Below are positions 11,767 through 23,229 of a stretch of 64,000 nt of DNA, piece by piece. Each line of letters begins with the position of its first letter. Positions within the stretch are counted from its first letter, which is position 1. Below the pieces are notes generated by a model. It was not told the DNA's origin. It saw only the letters and a program-made list of their open reading frames with translations, and searched no databases. Position numbers and translations under genes: made by a program. This DNA is from Callorhinchus milii (lineage: Eukaryota): contig NW_024704743.1 in assembly GCF_018977255.1 (NCBI RefSeq), positions 109,432,001-109,496,000 of the forward strand, in the 5' to 3' direction.

Positions 11767-11853
11767 GGACACATAGTTTTAACAGACTTTGGCCTGTGTA
11801 AAGAAGGAGTCTCTTGCACTGACACCACATCAACTTTCTGTGGAACACCTGAG
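11767..11853 (+). CDS. SGK3: SGK3 coding exon (DFG and activation loop)
   Basis: cag|GGACAC...CCTGAG|gtaat; [32 protein letters not shown]1-site Thr in TFCGT retained; 87 bp. Confidence 0.97.
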
Positions 11854-12709
11854 GTAATAAAAAAAATCCTTGCTTTGATGTAGCGATTTTCATATCAGGA
11901 GGCCGCCACAGGATTTATTGAGTGTAGTTACTGTATACTTTTCAGGTGAACACAGTTGGCAATTTACACTCAGCAAATTCATTAGCCCAAACAGCCATGG
12001 GGCAAATTCCTAATACTATCTGTGGGATTATTGACCAAGAGAAACTTCATTCTCTTTTTGAGTAGTGCCATGGGGTCTTTAAAGCTCTATTTGTAGATGA
12101 GGGCGAGGGGCTTGAAGTCGATCTGATGGGAGACAAGGTGAGAGTGGACCTTGCGAGCTTTCGGATGATAGGCGTGTGGAGTTTGGTGAGGGTGAGGATG
12201 CAGAGTTGAAGGGTCCTTCAGCATGTGTCACGCACCCAGCTGATCAAAACTAATAGACTGTAGTCTGGCCATCGTTGAAGGAAACATATCCGTAGAAGCA
12301 GAAATTTGGGACACAGCAATGAAATATTCCAGTATGAATGATAATGGTGTACAGCCCCCTCTGGAGGTGAACATAGGTCAGTTTAAACCTAATCTTGAAG
12401 GGATCTTGAGTTGGGTTGTTTAAAGATTTAACTAATGTGATCTCAGTGAGATTTTGCATCTCTACTGCATTGGGATTTGAGGAAACGTTTTTTTGTTTCT
12501 GGAGTGGATTGATCGACACATTATGCTACCCATTTTTTCCATTTGATGCCATTGGAAACTTTTATCAGTCATTCTCTACCGGGGCAATGGAACAGATCTT
12601 GGGATCGTGAGGTCAAACCACTGAAACATTTTCCCCTATCCAAAAAAAGTTACTGATTACTGAGGGGTTGTGGTTTAGTAGAAAATACGTATTGTGCTCT
12701 CTTTTTCAG

Positions 12710-12805
12710 TACCTTGCCCCAGAAGTGCTTCGAAAGCAGCCTTATGATAATACAGTTGACTGGTGGTGTCTTGGATCTGTTCTGTATGAAATGCTGTATG
12801 GGCTG
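12710..12805 (+). CDS. SGK3: SGK3 coding exon
   Basis: cag|TACCTT...GGGCTG|gt; [32 protein letters not shown]; 96 bp. Confidence 0.97.
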
Positions 12806-13196
12806 GTGTGTATTCTACTTTATTGTGATACATTTTCAATTAACATAATTTTGATAAAACCACTCTGAAAGCCTTTGGTGGAAGGGCTCTCATCAGATAC
12901 ACACCCATGTGTATCATTCTCTTTGAGACGACTAATACTGATGACTTGGTACAAGACAGAGCTAACATTTATTCAGAACCTTCCACCACCTCCCATGCAA
13001 AAGTAGCAGAACTGTGCAGTAACTGCGATGCTAGGCATTAAATGTATTCCCCACTTCATCGATGATATTGGCAGGATCTGCTTCAAGCCTAGCGAATGCA
13101 CAGGTAAAAGGAGAAGAACCAAAATAGATGATGGGAATTAATCTAAGACAAAGTGATGCCAGTTGACCAAAATCAATGTGTGTGTGTGTCCTGTAG

Positions 13197-13352
13197 CCTC
13201 CCTTCTACAGTCGTGATACTGCAGAGATGTACGAACACATTCTTCACAAGCCTTTGCAGTTGAGGCCTGGGACAAGTAACTCCGCCTGCTCTATCCTGGA
13301 AGGGCTGCTCGAAAAAGACCGGCAGAGAAGGCTAGGAGCAAAAGAAGATTTT
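13197..13352 (+). CDS. SGK3: SGK3 coding exon
   Basis: tag|CCTCCC...GATTTT|gtaag; [52 protein letters not shown]; 156 bp. Confidence 0.97.
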
Positions 13353-14928
13353 GTAAGAACTTCTCTTTTTTAAAAAAATGACAGTAGTTTTTTTAATAGA
13401 ATGATGTTGCTGCACAGTTAATTTTAGCATTTTGTTAGACCGGGATTGTTAACCAAACACTTTGCCGTGTAAGGGTCATTTGAGAATAGACATTATTTGC
13501 TGAAATCTCGTGGTCATTTGATCAAAAGATGGAGTCGTATTAATTTGCGGAGCTATCGAGTTTGTCAATATGATGCTATGTACTTGGCGTTTCTTTGTAA
13601 CTCAATCATCTGAAATAGAGAATCTCCTGGTTTCCCACCCTGCCTTCCCAATCCTTCCTACTCCTTCCTACCCAGGTGTAACAATCACACCTGGAAACTG
13701 GACTCTGCAGGGAACTCACTTTTGCTATTGGATTCATATGCTTTGCAACAAATTATACTAATCAACATTGCATTTGCAGCTGTAGCAATACATTTCAGTG
13801 ATCGTTTCAATGTCTACTTTGCTGCTGCGACATGGACCTTTTTCTTGACTTGCCTTTTTTAACAATGTTACCTTTATATAAGAATCAATGTTATTTTAGT
13901 ACCATTTAGACATTACTCACTTTCCTCAACTTTAAACTATCTGTCCAGTTACTAAAGTTTCTCCAGATCTCTAAAATTCTATCCCTTTCTTTTGAACACC
14001 CTCTGTTTTTCTGCTACGTTACTTGATGGTATTCTGCAGACTTTTAAATATTGTGATACTCTGAGGGACCTACCTTCCCAGTTAAAATGCTGCTGCTGTT
14101 GCTCACATCTATTAGTTTCCCATGATTTATCCAACTTCTTATCCAATTTATAACCTTCTTGTGCAAGAGAGTTTACTTTCATCCCGAAAATTATGTTTTC
14201 TTCCCTTCAGGTCCCAGATTTTCAACCAAACCAAATATGGTTTCTTTTCATAGAGAATGTGAAGAGAGGAGTATTTTTTAGATGGAAGCACCTGCAAATC
14301 ACCTTAACTTCTAAGATTCTCTCAGTATATGCAGCTTTAATGTACTTTTTAAATCCAAAATGAACTTGATGGCTGGCTAGGTTTCGCTTCTTGTATGCTG
14401 AACAACTCTATTTCACAGTGGGGTTTAACATCTGTAATTCAGTTTACTTGAGAAATATGTAATTAGCAAATCTCTAAAACATCTCTAAAAAATGCATTGA
14501 AGAGTGAATTCTTGCAATCTGCAGCATCAAATATGCCAAACAATACATTCTTCACTCCATTCAGTGTTCTAGAAATGTGATCATTTTATAGAAATCTGTT
14601 AAATAGCACAAATTAGACACAAGTGTACAAATTGCCTCAGTTCAGTTACTTTCATGCAAATCTGCACTGATAAACTCAAATCCTGAACCTTGACCTTTAC
14701 GTGCATTTTAGTTATGATTTTTAATACAACTTTTGAAATGTTTTTAAAATGTGCAGCAAAAAGACAAAAACTCGCAACAAATGAGGAGGGAAAGCTTAAT
14801 TTGTTTAATATTCCGACACACTCAAATGAAATTTAGCAAACAACTCTGTATAGATGTTTAACTATTGTTACTTTTAATGTTGCACAATTTGCTGTTCATT
14901 GATTTGCAATGGTTTTTCACTCTTCCAG

Positions 14929-15018
14929 GCTGAAATCAAATGCCATCCCTTTTTTGATCTTATCAACTGGGAAGACCTGGATCAGAAGGAAATTCCTCCA
15001 CCCTTTAATCCCAGTGTG
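14929..15018 (+). CDS. SGK3: SGK3 coding exon (AGC C-tail)
   Basis: cag|GCTGAA...AGTGTG|gtatg; [30 protein letters not shown]; 90 bp. Confidence 0.96.
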
Positions 15019-15122
15019 GTATGTAACTCATTAATGATCCAGATAAACTAAGACAATGATGTCTGATATGAAATGTGAAAAAAAGATAATAAATTTAACA
15101 ACATTAATAATTTGTGTTTTAG

Positions 15123-15293
15123 GCGGGACCTGAAGATCTACAGAATTTTGACCCAGAGTTCACAGAAGAACAGGTTCCACACTCCATCTGCCAGTCTCCT
15201 GACCGGTCAATAGTTAACGCCAGTGTTTTAGAAGCTGACGATGCATTTATTGGCTTTTCGTACGCCCCGCCGATTGAAGATTCGTTCTTGTAA
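15123..15293 (+). CDS. SGK3: SGK3 terminal coding exon (hydrophobic motif, stop)
   Basis: tag|GCGGGA...[65 protein letters not shown]; FxxFSY motif; tandem TAATGA. Confidence 0.97.
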   Translation, partial: AGPEDLQNFDPEFTEEQVPHSICQSPDRSIVNASVLEADDAFIGFSYAPPIEDSFL

Positions 15294-16606
15294 TGAACAC
15301 GTTCACGAAACACTGAGTAATTGCGCTTATATAGGAAACAAAGTACTTAACAGCAGGAAATGAAAACTTGATCCAGCCTAAAGCCATCCAGATGTGGACT
15401 TATGATTCTGCAACACAACTATCTGCATGCCTTAAATGAAGCTTGTAGCATTTGGGTCAAAGGAAACAAGTGAGCACACAACCTTTTTTAAAAGAAAAGA
15501 AAAACTATAAGAAAACTCTACATTCCATGAGCAGTCTATTAATGATCCAAATATTTAATTGCTTTTACTTTTTCAAGGCACGAGACTCAAAGTGACTCAG
15601 CTTTAAGGACAATCTGCTTGTGAAATAAGACCTGATTATTTTGGGGGGGATTATGGGTTTGTTTGTGCAAATCGTTGAGTTAGTTTCTTGTCAAAATAAT
15701 ATTGTTATGCTATGTGCCATAGATTTTCTATATTGTGGGCACGGGGCGGCCAATATTGGATAATTAATGTTGGAGAAATATGTGGTTATACTGTTTCTTT
15801 CTCAAGAGTTAATGTTCTATTGCGTCCAAACTCAGCACCATCATATCTCGAAATGTCACACAAATCACTTTGTCATACGAGCAAAGGAAAAGGAATTATC
15901 TTTCCTCATCCCTTGATATGCCATAAGGTCAAAGTCTACCGGGTTTGGTCACAGCTTTCCCCTGTCCTGACACTATGATCCATTCGGGTTTTCTCTGTGA
16001 ATAGACGTGTGTTGAGGATGTAGATTACAGTACTTGAATAAGGGAGGAAGGTTTCACAGCTACTCAGGTTAGAGATATGAAGCTGTTTTCAAGTTCTTCA
16101 ATGTATATTGGTTAAAGAACCTGTTCAGTACAAATTTGTTGTTGTACCTGTTGTAAAACGTTCATTTTGTTCTGCAAAAGTTTATTGGAAAAGTACAGAT
16201 CTGCAATTACTGTTGCTTAATTGGGTGAAACTGCTACTTTTGTGATATTTAACTTAGTGCAGTTTGTTTGAGATGAAGATTATATATATATATATGAATA
16301 TATTTATATACAGAATAACTGGATTGCACATGTTTAAAATAATCCAGGTGACATATTATAATTTTAAATATGTAAAATGTTGGTAGCTTGACTTTGTACT
16401 GTGCTGTTTTACAAGTAAATGAGGATTCAAGGTTGCTTCAATGAAGGAGTTATAAAAACTAGGTAAGGACTTTTTATCCCATTTAGTCAGCTGGTTTTGT
16501 TAACTGTTTGCTTCCACAATTCTCTGCATAGCAAGTTCTTCATATTGACCAGATTATCCAAGAGACTTTGAAAACAGAAATAATGGGATGTTTTCTTCAG
16601 AGGGTT

Positions 16607-16612
16607 AATAAA
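16607..16612 (+). terminator. Candidate proximal poly(A) signal of SGK3
   Basis: AATAAA ~1.3 kb after the stop; usage not provable from sequence. Confidence 0.3.
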
Positions 16613-17503
16613 GAAAATGATCAGCAAATCCTCTTTCACTAATCTCTCAACTACCTCCTCTTTCCCCAACCTAATGGCTGATTACAAGGGGCAATTATTA
16701 GATGTTTGGGAGTATATACCCCCATCTATGTCATCAGTTATGCATAGCACTTATTGGAGCTTAATAGGGCTCAACAATTAATATTTATTACAGTCCAAAG
16801 TCATCATAATCATACCTTGTATGGGGGAGGGAAAGAATGAGAAAAGGAGAGTGGGATGAGGGTTGAGAGATGAATGCAAGAAAATTTGCATCTAATTTTT
16901 GTAACCATCTCAGGAAACATTTATCTCTATTTCTGTGCTAAATATGAAGTAAAACTTTTATTGGAAGTGCTAAATGCTGTGTATGTGCAAATGACAATCG
17001 TGCGCCACAGTGGTAATTTGTGAGCTCCTGTAAATGGGAATAACCCACCATAACCTGTCTGAAGATCACCAAGACAGCGTAGTCTGACTGGCTTTATTAA
17101 ACAAGGCAAATGCATTTAGTCTGACCATTAGCATCCATTTTAAAAGGGAGAGAGGGAACCAACTTGGATTCACACTTCAACATCAATCTGTATCTACATT
17201 CACTGCCAGGGAAACGGTATGAGCTCCACAAGTGATACATTATGGGACCACATATTATTGATCAGAATGCTGATCCTGGGCAGATTTGTTATCGTTAATT
17301 ACTTGGAGCTGGGAGTTTGAACATGTTGATTTGAGGTTGGTGAGAAGGAAGGAGAACTTAACTATTTTACTATTAGTAAAACAGAATTTGCAGATCATTT
17401 TCTTTATTAACCGACTGTTCATTTGACATTTCCCTGAACCAGTTATGTAGTTTTAGCTGGTTAGACTCCATGAGTAGCTCAGTGCGTGCTCTGAAGTCAC
17501 CAA

Positions 17504-17699
17504 GGCTCTTGCCAACCTGGCCTTATAATCTCTGGAATTAGGTACAGAGAATGTGTCCCTCTGGGAAGATATCGCACATTTCATTCCAATACATGGTAAT
17601 TTCCATGAATAGGTGGGATACATGGAAATCTGTTTGGTTTGGATACTCTTGAGCATGGTGATGGGTTTTCGCGTGTATTCGACACCCTGGTGACCAAAA
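17504..17699 (-). repeat. Unclassified interspersed repeat, copy 1
   Basis: Homologous to 38295-38467, 47805-47950 and 54259-54438 (shared ACCCATCACC, AAGAGTATCCAAA, CCACCTA, CTAATTCCAGAGA). Confidence 0.8.
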
Positions 17700-17954
17700 C
17701 AAAAAGCTCTCCTTCAAATATCTTGGCGTTGAAAGTTGTATCTCAGCTGTCAGCAAACACTGTATAGAGATAATATCTTCTGTGCCTGATTCTATAAGTT
17801 TAGAAAAAGTGATTTTTCAGCACATGGCAGTAAATTGTTTGTCTCCAAATCATCCAAAACAGCATCTGTTGCTACTCGCGTTATTGCTTCCATTTAGGTG
17901 ATGTGAAATAATAATGTAATAGTTCACTGTAAAATATGGTGTAGGCAAATGTCA

Positions 17955-17960
17955 AATAAA
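17955..17960 (+). terminator. Candidate distal poly(A) signal of SGK3
   Basis: AATAAA followed by a GT/T-rich tract, at the boundary where TE-poor sequence ends and dense repeats start. Confidence 0.5.
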
Positions 17961-18065
17961 ACAGCAATGTTTGAAATTCTTCGTATTGTCATTTCCATGA
18001 CAAGTCTTCATACATTCCCTTCAGAAAAACCCTATTTTCCAATTTACGCTTAGAACACCACAAGT

Positions 18066-18372
18066 GGTGTCCTGTAGCTCAGTAGTTAGAGCACTCGCTT
18101 TGCAAGTGAGAGACCTGAGTTCAATTCCAGACAGGGCGAAACCTTGAGCAAGTTTCCTTACTCCACACGCCTAATAATAATCCCTCCAAAAACAATAATA
18201 AATTGGTCATTTTCAATCTACGACTGTTTGTGGGACATTGCTGTGTGCAATTGGTTGCCGCGTTCGCCCACCAATATACAGTCAATTCACTTTAGATTAT
18301 ATTCTGTGAAGCGCTTTGGGACGTCTAGAAGACGTGAAACGCGCTATATCAAATGCAAGGATTATTATTATT
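18066..18372 (+). mobile_element. SINE family A, short form
   Basis: tRNA head with CTCGC-TTTGCAA-GTGAG anticodon arm, stem-loop tail, (TTA)n. Confidence 0.92.
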
Positions 18373-18559
18373 AAGTATACGAGTGGGCAGCCAATTACTT
18401 GTGCTGTGCGAGAATGGGAAGCTGACACAATGAGGATATAACTGAATCATTTCAGTTTGTAAAAACTTTTTTTCTTTTACATCCCATTGGGCATAACGCC
18501 ATCTCATGACTATTTCCTCAGCTGCCCTTGGTAAAAGCCCCCCTGAGTCTCTCACAGAT

Positions 18560-18790
18560 GGCCTCTCATCCTCACAAACATCCTTCTTTCAGCCACTATG
18601 CCCCGAAACTCTGGAACACTCTCCCTCAATCCCTCCGCCTTGCCCTCCCCTTTTTCAAGTCCCACCTGAAAACCTTTTTCGACCATGTTTACGGTCACAC
18701 CCCCCCCCCAGCTCGGAGTCAGGTTCTTTCTTTCCCGCCCTATATCCCAGTAATCTTGATGCAGCCATCGAGCTGCTAAACAGCTGTTCC
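18560..18790 (+). mobile_element. Old L2 3' fragment
   Basis: Translates FSHYAPKLWNTLPQSLRLA..FKSHLKT, the L2 ORF C-terminus. Confidence 0.8.
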
Positions 18791-18793
18791 CCT

Positions 18794-19545
18794 TGTTAGA
18801 ATATACACTTTTTGTATAATGTTAGAACCATAATAGATGTTGCGAACGGGTTAACTTTTAAGTTAAGTGTGTTGTGGGCAGCTGGACTGAAACTCCCTGC
18901 ACGTACACGAGATAACGGACAGTCTCAAGGACAGTGTGTTTGTGTGTGAGGCACGTACACCCCATGAGATGTTCACGTGAACCCGGCATGATTTCGACCA
19001 GATGATCTAATGTCTGCACCATGATTGGATGAACATTGGTATAAGAGTTCCGATAACTTTGTGTATGGAGCCATCCCGGGTCGCGGAGACAAGGATACGG
19101 GAGATGGAGCCGTCGCGGAGACAAGGATACGGGAGATGGAGCCGTCGCGGAGACAAGGATACGGGAGATGGAGCCGTCGCGGAGACAAGGATACGGGAGA
19201 TGGGGCCCTCCCGGGCTGCGGAGACAACGGTACGGAGATGGAAGACTGAGAGCTGGAAACACTAAGACTGAGGATATCAGATGGAAGATTGAAAGCTGTA
19301 AGCAAGAAGACTGAAAGCATGAAGAATCAAGCTTGTGTGCTGCAAAGACACAGTGTTGAACTCTTGAACTTGAGATATCTATAGTGGTACTATTCTGTTA
19401 TAAGATCTGTTGATTGTACTGGCCTTTGGTCTGACCCATCGGGATATTGGGGAATAACGAACGAATAATAATAAAACAGTCTGATATCTGGTTAGAGGAA
19501 TTAGCGTTATTTCCTTGCAGATTTGGCTGATTTTATTTTCTAACA
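18794..19545 (+). mobile_element. Solo LTR (ERV1/epsilon-like or Gypsy)
   Basis: TGTTAGAA...TTCTAACA termini; 4-bp TSD CCCT (18790-18793, 19546-19549); ATTGG x2 and TATAAG at 19024-19045; AATAAA at 19470. Confidence 0.88.
19080..19241 (+). repeat. 32-bp minisatellite inside the LTR
   Basis: GTCGCGGAGACAAGGATACGGGAGATGGAGCC starting at 19080, 19112, 19144, 19176, plus a diverged fifth unit. Confidence 0.97.
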
Positions 19546-20149
19546 CCCTCCACTTTCAAATCACTTGTCGCCCCTGAAAAAAAGGACCATCTCAACTCCA
19601 ACTAACTCCTCCTGGTACAGGAGCTACTGTCTGATCGTAATGTGACCTGTTAAGTGTCATTGATGGTCACCAGGTGTAATGAAAAATAAATACAACTGCA
19701 AATGGTTTTGCAACCTGTGACGATCTTGTTGATCAAAAATCCCACTTAACATTTCTCTTATGTGAGCAAGTCTGTCTAACTAATGTGTAGGTTAAGTGAT
19801 TTTCTGGAATATGTCACAAGACTGGAGGAAAAAAAAGAACAGGCCCTACATTTCACTGTAATTACTGTAAATTGCTTCAAGATATTTCAACATGTTAAGG
19901 GTCTAAAAATATAAGTTCTTTCATTCAACACATCAAAGAGATTGAGCCATTATAATCAACAGTTTGTTGACTTCCCTTTGACTATTGAGATGTATTGCTC
20001 CCTTGAGCATTCTCTACAGGAAGTCTAAAGATGTGATGATTTTACCCATTTCTTCCTGTTTTCAGTATACCATTTGGCAGCACTAGCAAAGGCATAGTGA
20101 ATTGTGGGTGTATGTATGTTGTATGTCTAAGTGTCAGGACTTTGAAGTT

Positions 20150-20320
20150 ACATAGTCTAAGCTGAAACTTCAGTGCATTGCTGAGGGTGTGCTGCATTGT
20201 TGGAGGTGCCATCCTCCGAATGAGATATTAAACCGAGGTACTGTCTGCTGTTCAGGTCAATATTAAAGGTCGCATGCCACTATTCGAAAGGAGATGGAAG
20301 TGCTCCAGCACTGTCAAGCA
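20150..20320 (+). mobile_element. SINE family B internal fragment
   Basis: GAGGTGCCATCCTCCGAATGAGATATTAAACCGAGG Deu-type body. Confidence 0.75.
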
Positions 20321-20718
20321 CTCTGGGACTCAACCCTGTGTACGTGGCACTGTGTAAATGCAAGTTGTTGTTACTTTGAATTCTTTTCTGTTGAGCCTGA
20401 TTTGCTGGAATGGTTGTGGACCAGGTTTCAGAAAATCTTTTACCAGCAGGACCTTTGGGAAAACCAAATTTATTCTCGCTTTCATTCATCTGCATTGGTC
20501 CTGTTCGGCATAACGTATCTCAGGGCAGAACTTACAACTCCACTAACCACCGGGATCATTTGTGACGTTATCTAGAAATGTCTGGCCCACATTAGCTTCA
20601 ACATCTTCATTCTTGATGCCTGGAATTGTCAGGCTGCTCTGACTTACATCAGTTTCAACGCTTTAATTTGTTTTCCTGTGGGTTTCCACATCAGCATCAG
20701 GCTTGTCTTCAACCGTAC

Positions 20719-21039
20719 AATAATAATAATAATAATAATAATCCTTGCAGTTGGTATAGCGCTTTTCACGTCAGGAGGACGTCCCAAAGCGCTTCACAGA
20801 ACACACTGTAAAGTGAATTGACTGTATATTTGTGGGCGAACGTGGCAGCCAATTGCGCACAGCAATGTCCCACAAACAGTCGTAGATTGAAAATGACCAA
20901 TTTATTATTGTTTTGAGTTTTGGAGGGATTATTATTGTGGAGTAAGGAAACTTGCCCAAGGTTTCGCCCTCTGCCTGGAATTGAACTTGGGTCTCTCACT
21001 TGCAAAGCGAGTGCTCTAACCACTGAGCTACAGGACTCC
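20719..21039 (-). mobile_element. SINE family A, short form
   Basis: Full head GGAGTCCTGTAGCTCAGTGG, (TTA)n tail, possible TSD GTACAAT (20715, 21044). Confidence 0.92.
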
Positions 21040-21790
21040 AAAAGTACAATGACTTTTGTCAATTGATCCATTATCACTGTTAACTATTGGGCTTGAAGCT
21101 TTTGTGAGACAAGAAAACCTCTTGGATAGAGTGCTGCTGATCTCAACATGAATTTGAACACGTTTGTAATTAGTAGCTGCTTACACAAATAGGTTTACTA
21201 CAGCATCTGCAGTCTCGTATGGCAATACAGCTATATGCAGATGCACATTTTTCCGATGTTTATTTGTATCATCCAAATTAATTCCTTTTTGCACGATAAG
21301 CAATTAATTTTAAGCCTATTGTTCAGCATCATACAAATCTTTTAACCTTAACATCACACTGATTTGGCCAGGGACACAATACCTCATCTGGGGATTATCC
21401 CCAGAAATTGGGGATGTATGGTTACTCTATTATATAGCCTACAATAAATGTCCCCCGTGAGCAGCTCCGCCCCTCTGCCTTCTACTTCTAACATAGCTCC
21501 ACCTCCGAACATAGAGCTCATGCTTCTTGGCTGCATTTGCAACACAGCCACAACACCATCCTCACTTTCTCCCTCGCCTCTTACAAGGCATGGCTCAAGA
21601 TTCTCCCCTTGGGTCACCTTCCAACCCTACCCTCCATGCTCTCCATCGCTTCTGATCCCAACACCCAGCTCGGTTCCAAATCCTTAACTGTTCTGCATCC
21701 TCCCAACATGAACGGTGCTTTACAAATGTAATTTGTTGTTACATGCCACAATGCAGTTCACGATCGGGAATTTAAAAGTAAGTAAATTAT

Positions 21791-22091
21791 TAATAATAAT
21801 AATAATCCTTGCATTTGATATAGAGCTTTTCACCTCTTCTAGACGTCTCAAAGCGCTTAACAGAATATGCTGTAAAGTGAATTGACTATATTTGTGGGCG
21901 AAACGCAGTAGCCAATTGCGCACAGAAGTCATGGATTGAAAATGACCAATTTATTATTGTTTTTTGTAAGGATTATTATTAGGCGTTATTATTATAAGGA
22001 AACTTGCCCAAGGTTTCGCCCCCTGCCGGGAATTGAACCCAGGTGTCTCACTTGCAAGGCGAGTGTTCTAACCACTAAGCTACAGGACTCC
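21791..22091 (-). mobile_element. SINE family A, short form
   Basis: Head GGAGTCCTGTAGCTTAGTGG; same body and tail. Confidence 0.9.
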
Positions 22092-22354
22092 ACAAATTAG
22101 TTGCAGTCAGTTTTAGCTGACTGACATAGAAAACTGGCTGACCTCAAACTGATTGATTGGTCGGGGGGATTATGACCCCACCTGATCCTTCCCACCCTCC
22201 AGCTCTCATTGGCTTTCCCCCTATAGTCGAGACACGAAAACATTTCACTATTTAGTGTAGTAATTGTGTATCTTGTGGTTTGTGCGTAATCTAGTTTGCG
22301 TACAGAAATGTCCCATAGACAGTGGCAGCAATAGCAGCAGCACGAACATCTGGT

Positions 22355-23210
22355 AACAACAACTTGCATTTATGTAGCGCCCTTCAGATAGCGTAGCATC
22401 TCGGAGAGCTTAACAGTGGTGAAGTTTGACACCAAGCCGTGGGGAGGGGAGAATGTGATCTTCGAAGTGTGCGATCGTCGTTTTCATGTGTGATTTGACG
22501 GTGATTAAGGACGGGGCAAGGTGGAGGAATTGAGGCAGAAAGTTCTATATTTTCCGGGCATAATGGCTGAAAACATGGCCACCGATGGTGGAACAGAAGG
22601 GTCAAGGGATGTGCAAGAAGCTGGAGCCAGCTGATCAAAGATGGTGGGTAGTGGAATGGGAGTAAGCAGATTGGAGAGAGAGAGGTATCAGGGTGTGAAG
22701 TGATTGTACATGAGTGTAAAGATCTTGAAATCTTTTCTGTAATAGGGAGTCAATGCAGCCTGGCAGGTACTGGGGTGGTATGGAGTTTAGAGTACACGGG
22801 AAGGTGGGTGAATTTTTAATTGGATTTTATGAATGGTGGAGCTGGGGAGATTGGAATAATCAAGGTGAAAGATGACAAATGCGTGTTTAAGGTTTGGGCT
22901 ACGTTGAGTGTGAGATACGATCAGAGGCGGGCATTGTAGCGGAGGTGGAGGAAAGCGGTCCTCATCAGGGACCAGATGTGGGGCAGTTGAAGATCAAACT
23001 GATACTTGGGTTATGCACAGATTCAGTAAATTTGAGGGATTGACTGGAGAAGTTAAGGATGTCAGAGCTGCAGGTGAAAAGGTGTTGATGGGAGCCAAGG
23101 TATGGCTTCTGTCTTGTCAATATTCAGCTGCAGAAAGTTGGTGCTCATCCAGGCCTTGATGTCTGACGAACAAGAGGACAGAACAGCATTGGAACTGGAG
23201 GAGAAGAAGT
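22355..23210 (-). mobile_element. Old degenerate L2 3' portion
   Basis: aacaacaacttgcatttat tail; decayed RT C-terminal region. Confidence 0.7.
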
Positions 23211-23229
23211 AGATTTGGGTTTTGTCTGC

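Noticed and set aside
18144..18374. Recurrent MGKFPYSTRLII.. ORF family (5584, 18144, 20771, 30880)
   Set aside because: Chance reading frame through SINE family A with non-ATG starts
19080..19241. CRISPR-like array
   Set aside because: Units are contiguous with no unique spacers; vertebrate context; no cas genes
18858..19320. Overlapping 74-134 aa ORFs on both strands
   Set aside because: Products of the stop-free 32-bp tandem repeat in the LTR; no protein homology evident
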